Below are positions 51,865 through 56,993 of a stretch of 56,993 nucleotides of DNA, piece after piece. How positions within the stretch are numbered: the stretch's first letter is position 1; each line of letters opens with the position of its first letter. The notes under the pieces are model-generated. The model was given only the letters and a program-made list of their open reading frames with translations, was not told the DNA's origin and did no database searches. A program made the position numbers and the translations under genes. The stretch lies in the NCBI GenBank assembly GCA_051651645.1, contig JBOFSR010000016.1, positions 1-56,993 on the forward strand, written 5' to 3'. This DNA is from Treponemataceae bacterium. Lineage in GTDB: Bacteria; Spirochaetota; Spirochaetia; Treponematales; Treponemataceae.

Positions 51865-53604
51865 TTATTGCTTAGCTGAGTCCGCAGCATTTTGCCCTGC
51901 TATTCGTCCAAAGACAACAATATCTGCAACAGCATTTCCACCTAAGCGATTTGCTCCATGAATTCCACCCGTTACTTCCCCAGCTGCATACAAACTAGGA
52001 ATTACATCGCCATTATTATCAATCACTTGTGCCTCGGTGTTAATTTTAATTCCGCCCATAGTATGATGAACACCAGGAGTAATTTTAATTGCATAGAAAG
52101 GAGCAACAGAAAGCTCATTTTTCATCCCCGTTCTACCAAATTCTGCATCATTATTTGTCGCAACAGCATCATTCCACGTATGCATTGTATCTGCAAAGGT
52201 TTGAGCATTCGAACCGATCGCACGCCCCAAATCATCATAGGAGTCTGCAGAAATTGTAAAGCCCTTTGAAATATACCCTTTTATAACATTCGATTTATCA
52301 GCCATTGCTTGATCAATAATCAAATACGCATAGCCACCAGTTTGAGCAACCTCAGCTAAAGACACAACATCGCGAGTATCAAGCTCATTAACAAAACGCT
52401 TACCTTCAGCATTCACAAGAATTGCCCCATCACCGCGAAGCCCTTCTGTAATTAAAGCACCTGTGGATTCAACCGTGGGATGAATTTGAATCTGATCAAG
52501 ATCAACCGTTGCAGCCCCAATCGCTACAGCCATTTTAATACCATCGCCTGTCATTGCTTTGTTATTTGTTGTAACAAAGCCCTCCAATTCAGGACGATAC
52601 ATTGTATACATTTCTTTATTGGCTCCAAATCCGCCTGTGGCAATAATAACAGACTGTGCATTGATAGTATAATTATTATTTGCAGACTGGGCTTTTACAC
52701 CAGAGACCATGCCATCCTGCATAATAATTTCTGTTGCCGCAGTATCAAAAAGAATTTCGACACCAGCATCTTTAATATTTTTTTCTAAAATTGGCACCAT
52801 GTACGAACCAACGGCAAGAACTTTTCCCTCGCTGTCTATAGGACGGTGAATGCGTTTTTGACTCGCTCCGCCAAAAAGTGCAACATCAGAAAGATTAATG
52901 CCAATAGTTTTTAGCCACTCAATGGCACTACTTGATTTTTCTGCAAGAGTTGTTACTAAATCCCTGTTGTTTCGATTTTTTCCACTTGTCATTGTATCAT
53001 TAACAAATATTTCAACAGAATCATTAATGCCTGCACGCAATTGTTCTTTTGTTTCTGTTGCATTCATTCCGCCTGTTGCTCGCACGGTATTTCCGCCAAG
53101 CATACTTGTTTTTTCTATAATAAGAACACTCTCGCCTGCATTCCGTGCTTCAAGAGCTGCAATCATCCCTGCCCCGCCTCCGCCAATAACTACAACGTCA
53201 ACGCTTCTCGCTTCCTCATTCATCGAAACTTGAGTTTTTTTAGTCGCTTTAACAACTTTCAAATCAGAAGGTTTCACCCCTGCAACCTTTAACGCTGCCC
53301 GTATTGCATTTTTTATCCCATCGCTCGTGTACGTTGCACCGCTAATAGCATCCACATTCAAAGATTGCTTTTCAATAATTTGAGATGGCAATTTATCAAC
53401 AGCGATTGTTCCAATTCCATCCGTTTCTGCATGACTAATTATACGAATTGCTTCCAGACTATCAGATGATAAATCGATTTCTACCTGCACATCACCGTTA
53501 AAACCACGGGCTACACCCTCGTACGTTCCCACTTGAAAACTCTTATTTGTGCAACCGAGCAAAAAAATAATAGCAATGGCAGCACTAAAAAAAAATCGTT
53601 TCAT
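51865..53604 (-). CDS. Lipoprotein flavocytochrome c-type FAD-dependent reductase with an N-terminal FMN_bind domain (fumarate/urocanate reductase family)
   Basis: The ATG at 53604 gives the lipobox signal MKRFFFSAAIAIIFLLGC. The FMN_bind domain carries DAISGAT. The FAD motif is VVVIGGGGAGM, with HHTMGG and AAGEVTGGIHGANRLGGNA blocks. Confidence 0.85.
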   Translation of the reverse strand: MKRFFFSAAIAIIFLLGCTNKSFQVGTYEGVARGFNGDVQVEIDLSSDSLEAIRIISHAETDGIGTIAVDKLPSQIIEKQSLNVDAISGATYTSDGIKNAIRAALKVAGVKPSDLKVVKATKKTQVSMNEEARSVDVVVIGGGGAGMIAALEARNAGESVLIIEKTSMLGGNTVRATGGMNATETKEQLRAGINDSVEIFVNDTMTSGKNRNNRDLVTTLAEKSSSAIEWLKTIGINLSDVALFGGASQKRIHRPIDSEGKVLAVGSYMVPILEKNIKDAGVEILFDTAATEIIMQDGMVSGVKAQSANNNYTINAQSVIIATGGFGANKEMYTMYRPELEGFVTTNNKAMTGDGIKMAVAIGAATVDLDQIQIHPTVESTGALITEGLRGDGAILVNAEGKRFVNELDTRDVVSLAEVAQTGGYAYLIIDQAMADKSNVIKGYISKGFTISADSYDDLGRAIGSNAQTFADTMHTWNDAVATNNDAEFGRTGMKNELSVAPFYAIKITPGVHHTMGGIKINTEAQVIDNNGDVIPSLYAAGEVTGGIHGANRLGGNAVADIVVFGRIAGQNAADSAKQ

Positions 53605-53807
53605 ACAAACTCCTATATTATTGAACATTATAAACTCTTTAGTAAAATTAATTTATAAGCAAATTTAATGTAACAAAAAAACAAAGCGATTACAAGAGAA
53701 AAAACTTTGATTATAAGTCAACAAAGAAGAATCACTCAAGAAAAAAATACATTATTGATTATTAAAGAGTTACAAACAACAAAGCAAGCTAAACGGTGAA
53801 AATCGTA

Positions 53808-55472
53808 CTAGTATTCAAAATCGCTTTCGCCAATAAATTCTCTAAGCAACGACTGACTAGGAACATATTTTTCTGGAATGGGCAAAAAATTATTCAAAAA
53901 CAAAAGCAATCGGCTTGCCTCAGCATATTCATACTCAAGCGGAGAAATGCACCGAAGAAGCGGCTCTGCATATACTTTCAAAATTGCAAGCTCATAGTCC
54001 AAAGCGGTATTAATCATCACATCAGCATTATCCTGAAAAGGAAAAATATGCAAATTCTCCCCTTTTTGAACATTTGACCACATTCGCATTGTCTGAACAG
54101 CAGATTTTCCTCGGGTTCGATAATCACGCACAATCCGCCGAATAAGCCGATTATCCCGTGTGGAAATACGATTATGATCATCCAAATTAAGTTGCGTCAA
54201 AGCTGAAACATAAATTTTAAACTTCACGTCATTTGATATAAGCGGAGTAAGATTATCATTAAGCCCGTGAATTCCTTCCATGATCAAAATATCGTGAGCA
54301 TCAAGTTTGAGCTTTTTATTTGCAGCACCTGAATAAAAACTTACGCCATCAACAAAATCATACGAAGGGATTTCAATCTCCTTCCCGTCAAAAAGGTTTA
54401 CTAAATCCTGATTGAGCTGCGTAATATTTAAAGCTTCGAGACACTCATAATCATAATTACCGTTTTCATCTTTGGGCGTTTTTTCCCTTCCAATATAGTA
54501 ATCATCTAAACTAATCACTTTGGGATTGTATCCGTTGACTTGCAACTGCATTGCAATTTTTTTAGAAGACGTTGTTTTACCAGAACTTGAAGGGCCTGCA
54601 ATAAGCACAACCTTCACATTCCCTCGCTCTTTTATTTTATCTGCAGCATCGGCAAAGCACTTATTTTGCAAGGTTTCTGCAACGTCGATAAAATCCTTAT
54701 ACGTATTTTCATAAATCACCTTATTCAAAGAAGATACTGATGTAATACCAAGGAGTTTTCCCCACGATTTATATCGCTCATATACAGAAAACAGTTGCGG
54801 TTTATTAACAAAAGCGGTCAAAGTATGCGGCTGATGACTTGCAGGAAAACGCAACAAAAACCCCTCGCCAAAAGGCAAAAGTTCAAACGCATCGAGCCTG
54901 CCAGTGGAAGGAAGGAGGGGGCCATAATACAAATCAGAAAAATCATCAATTGTATTAACCGTTACAGATGGCGGGCTCATATAATTGAGCTGATTGCGTG
55001 TTTCAAATAAATTAAGATCCTCAAACAGCTGAATCGCCTGATGATAAGAAATTTTTGTCTGCAAAATAGGCAAATCGTCCTGTATTAGTGATTGTATCTT
55101 TGCTTGCAAGTTAAAAATATCATCCTTGCTCACAGAAACGCCATCAACCGTATAGTAATATCCATGCCCCAAACTATGCCCAACGAGCAAACGAGTTTTT
55201 GGAAAAAGATGATGACTTGCAAGAGCGAGCACAAAGCACAAGGTTCGCCTATAAACATCGGCACCCTCAAGGGAGTTGGCAAAAACGGGTTCTATAAATG
55301 AATCAAACTTTATGGGCTTTGCAAGCGAACAAATCAAATTATTTATTCGCACAGCATATATATCAGAAGGATTTTCAACCTCATGAATTTTGGCTAAATC
55401 GCCGATAAATTCAAGAGCACAGGATGACTTTTCTATCATCTTTTGCTCATTGCGTATTTTTATACAAATCAT
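53808..55472 (-). CDS. Nucleoside (uridine-type) kinase with an N-terminal TGS/ThrRS-like extension
   Basis: The C-terminal PRK/Udk domain has the P-loop GPSSSGKTT, IMEGIHGLN and RRIVRDYRTRG. The ~270-aa N-terminal extension resembles TGS plus second-additional-domain fusions. The start is uncertain (ATG at 55472 or 55439, or TTG at 55508). Confidence 0.7.
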   Translation of the reverse strand: MICIKIRNEQKMIEKSSCALEFIGDLAKIHEVENPSDIYAVRINNLICSLAKPIKFDSFIEPVFANSLEGADVYRRTLCFVLALASHHLFPKTRLLVGHSLGHGYYYTVDGVSVSKDDIFNLQAKIQSLIQDDLPILQTKISYHQAIQLFEDLNLFETRNQLNYMSPPSVTVNTIDDFSDLYYGPLLPSTGRLDAFELLPFGEGFLLRFPASHQPHTLTAFVNKPQLFSVYERYKSWGKLLGITSVSSLNKVIYENTYKDFIDVAETLQNKCFADAADKIKERGNVKVVLIAGPSSSGKTTSSKKIAMQLQVNGYNPKVISLDDYYIGREKTPKDENGNYDYECLEALNITQLNQDLVNLFDGKEIEIPSYDFVDGVSFYSGAANKKLKLDAHDILIMEGIHGLNDNLTPLISNDVKFKIYVSALTQLNLDDHNRISTRDNRLIRRIVRDYRTRGKSAVQTMRMWSNVQKGENLHIFPFQDNADVMINTALDYELAILKVYAEPLLRCISPLEYEYAEASRLLLFLNNFLPIPEKYVPSQSLLREFIGESDFEY

Positions 55473-55541
55473 AAAGTGAATTATATCACAAAACACAAAA
55501 AACCGCAAATATTTTATTAAAATCTTTAGTTGGGAGAACTT

Positions 55542-56267
55542 ATGAAAAAGCTATTTTCATTAACACTCATTTGCTTGCTGACGCAAATTTATTTTGTCCT
55601 TTACGCTCAAACTTTTGAACGTAAACTTGAAAACGGCGGACGATTGCACTGGAAAAACACCTTGCCGATTCCTGTTGATCAAGAGGATGTTGATGAGGTC
55701 GCCAAAATCCTTGAAACGGATGATGATTATTTTGAAATCACCTCTGAAGTTATTGATGCTGATAAATTTAACAGCGAAGGTTACAAGCAAATCAATAGCT
55801 TTACAATACAAGTAAAGGGGCAAAGCCAACTACGCGGTATTTACAACTACCAAAGTAAAAAAATTATACTTGATAAGCAAGTTGAGTTATTTCAAAAAAT
55901 TAATAGTTTTGTGTTAAAAAATGCACGACAGCTGCAAGATAATCAATACAACCGTTTTATAAACAACGCTCGCTCTTATCAAATAAACTACACAACAAAT
56001 ATTGGAGAAATAAGTATTTTCGCAGGAGCATCTCGAGACTCAAGTGATGAAGTAAAAATTTATTACCCAATTAAATTCACGGTGCTTGATCAAGAGGCTC
56101 AAGTATATCCAAACCTTGTTGATAAAACAAATCACCTATCACTTGGCGATCCGTATGATCTATCAAAGAAAGCTCACCTACCTGCATATTTTGTTTACTA
56201 TATGTTTAACGACCACCGAACACTCTTTGAAGTACCCGCGTTTAACAAATCATTTACTCAATACTAA
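55542..56267 (+). CDS. Secreted hypothetical protein
   Basis: The ATG at 55542 follows GGGAGAA. The signal peptide is MKKLFSLTLICLLTQIYFVLYAQ. No family recognised. Confidence 0.55.
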   Translation: MKKLFSLTLICLLTQIYFVLYAQTFERKLENGGRLHWKNTLPIPVDQEDVDEVAKILETDDDYFEITSEVIDADKFNSEGYKQINSFTIQVKGQSQLRGIYNYQSKKIILDKQVELFQKINSFVLKNARQLQDNQYNRFINNARSYQINYTTNIGEISIFAGASRDSSDEVKIYYPIKFTVLDQEAQVYPNLVDKTNHLSLGDPYDLSKKAHLPAYFVYYMFNDHRTLFEVPAFNKSFTQY

Positions 56268-56277
56268 AGTAATTTTC

Positions 56278-56586
56278 CTATACTATAACAACAGAGTTAT
56301 CTGTACTGGAAAAAGGAGCTGGCACATATTTATCAGCTTCCCAATCATTTTCCCAGCGTTTTCCATCAAGTAAATAACGGAATTGATATTCATGCCCTAC
56401 TTTTAACTTGATTTTTATAGAAAAAGAGCCCTCGACCTTCTTCTTCATTGGAGTTTCAATGCTACTCCAACTATTAAAATCACCCGCTAAAAAAACTTTT
56501 TCTGCTCCGTGAGCAGCCTCGGCTGAAATTTCAAACGTAACATTGCACGTTTTTTGATCTTTAAGATAATCCTTAAAAATAGGCAT
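56278..56586 (-). CDS. Stand-alone CBM48/AMPK-beta-like glycogen-binding domain protein
   Basis: About 100 aa. VFLAGDFNSWS...M......F...I.L..G.YQFRYLLDGKRWEND is typical of CBM48 (isoamylase N-terminal domain). The ATG at 56586 is preceded by GGAGGA. Confidence 0.55.
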   Translation of the reverse strand: MPIFKDYLKDQKTCNVTFEISAEAAHGAEKVFLAGDFNSWSSIETPMKKKVEGSFSIKIKLKVGHEYQFRYLLDGKRWENDWEADKYVPAPFSSTDNSVVIV

Positions 56587-56809
56587 AATTTCCTCCATTA
56601 CAAGGTAAAACCCTCGAACTATGTTTGATTTTTAACATCAAACTCCGACAAAAGCTATAAACAGTATAACAGAAATCTACGATTTGTCAAGGCTAGAGAA
56701 ATCACTTATTTGAGAAGGTATTTGCTAAAAAAAGATTTGAAATGCGTGTTTTGATGATTAAAAGAAAGATTAATGCACAAACGAAAAGTTTTTTACAAGC
56801 ATCTTATTA

Positions 56810-56841
56810 GAAGTATTCAACTAATAAGATGACAAGAATTA
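56810..56841. terminator. AT-rich hairpin (11-bp perfect stem) downstream of the partial minus-strand gene
   Basis: CATCTTATTAG, a 10-nt loop, then CTAATAAGATG. It lies about 20 nt after the TAA at 56862..56864. There is no clear U-tract. Confidence 0.3.
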
Positions 56842-56861
56842 CATAGTTTTAAGAAAAAGTC

Positions 56862-56993
56862 TTACTCAGCTCTTTCTAATTCCATTTCCCAAAAATATAT
56901 CTCACGATAATCTGGTGTTCTACATTGATATTGCTCGTTACCAATTTTCAAAATTAATAACTTATCGCCTGTTAGCTTATGAGTTACAAGGTC
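56862..56993 (-). CDS. C-terminal fragment of an unknown protein (enters from beyond the window)
   Basis: An open minus-strand frame runs from the window edge to the TAA at 56864..56862 (...KLLILKIGNEQYQCRTPDYREIYFWEMELERAE). It is too short to classify. Confidence 0.3.
   Translation of the reverse strand, partial: DLVTHKLTGDKLLILKIGNEQYQCRTPDYREIYFWEMELERAE

Noticed and set aside
1-56993. CRISPR arrays, rRNA/tRNA genes, prophage, integrase or transposase genes
   Set aside because: I saw no short regularly spaced direct repeats, no cloverleaf-compatible segments in the intergenic gaps, and no recombinase-like ORFs on either strand.

Overview
This is a densely coding 57-kb chromosomal segment with about 52 CDS. 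I recognised no rRNA, tRNA, CRISPR array, transposase or integrase. The low GC content and the gene content fit a low-GC spirochete such as Treponema. The supporting genes are FlgM, a FliL-like protein, Lnt, a SPOR protein, an LRR/Listeria-Bacteroides-repeat lipoprotein and many lipobox signal peptides. That taxonomic call is inference only.

Most genes are housekeeping:
- Metal and cofactor handling: copZ-copA, two BioY-type transporters.
- Cell envelope: murE, lnt, surE.
- Central metabolism: ackA, pgk, a phospho-sugar mutase, trxA, hydE, an ssnA-like amidohydrolase.
- DNA and protein turnover: ruvAB, clpP, a UvrD/PcrA-family helicase.
- Regulation and motility: rsmI, flgM and an ECF sigma/anti-sigma module.

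The standout is a tandem triplet of roughly 960-aa minus-strand genes at 25315-34061. Each fuses a complete five-TM YidC/Oxa1 insertase core to about nine further TM segments and a C-terminal LtaS/EptA-like alkaline-phosphatase-superfamily ectodomain.
- The first ~215 codons plus ~40 bp of upstream sequence are nearly identical at nucleotide level in all three copies, while the tails have diverged strongly.
- The shared upstream sequence carries a promoter geometry that predicts a leaderless transcript.
- The last copy overlaps the start codon of the UvrD/PcrA-family helicase gene (ATGA).

Secondary points include a possible autoregulated ECF sigma operon with an A10 tract in the sigma ORF, an orphan N6-adenine methyltransferase, and a lipoprotein flavocytochrome-type reductase with an ApbE flavinylation motif. 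Others are a surE-TPR-NHL envelope operon and several near-consensus promoters and hairpins.

All protein calls come from motif recognition by eye. No database search was possible.
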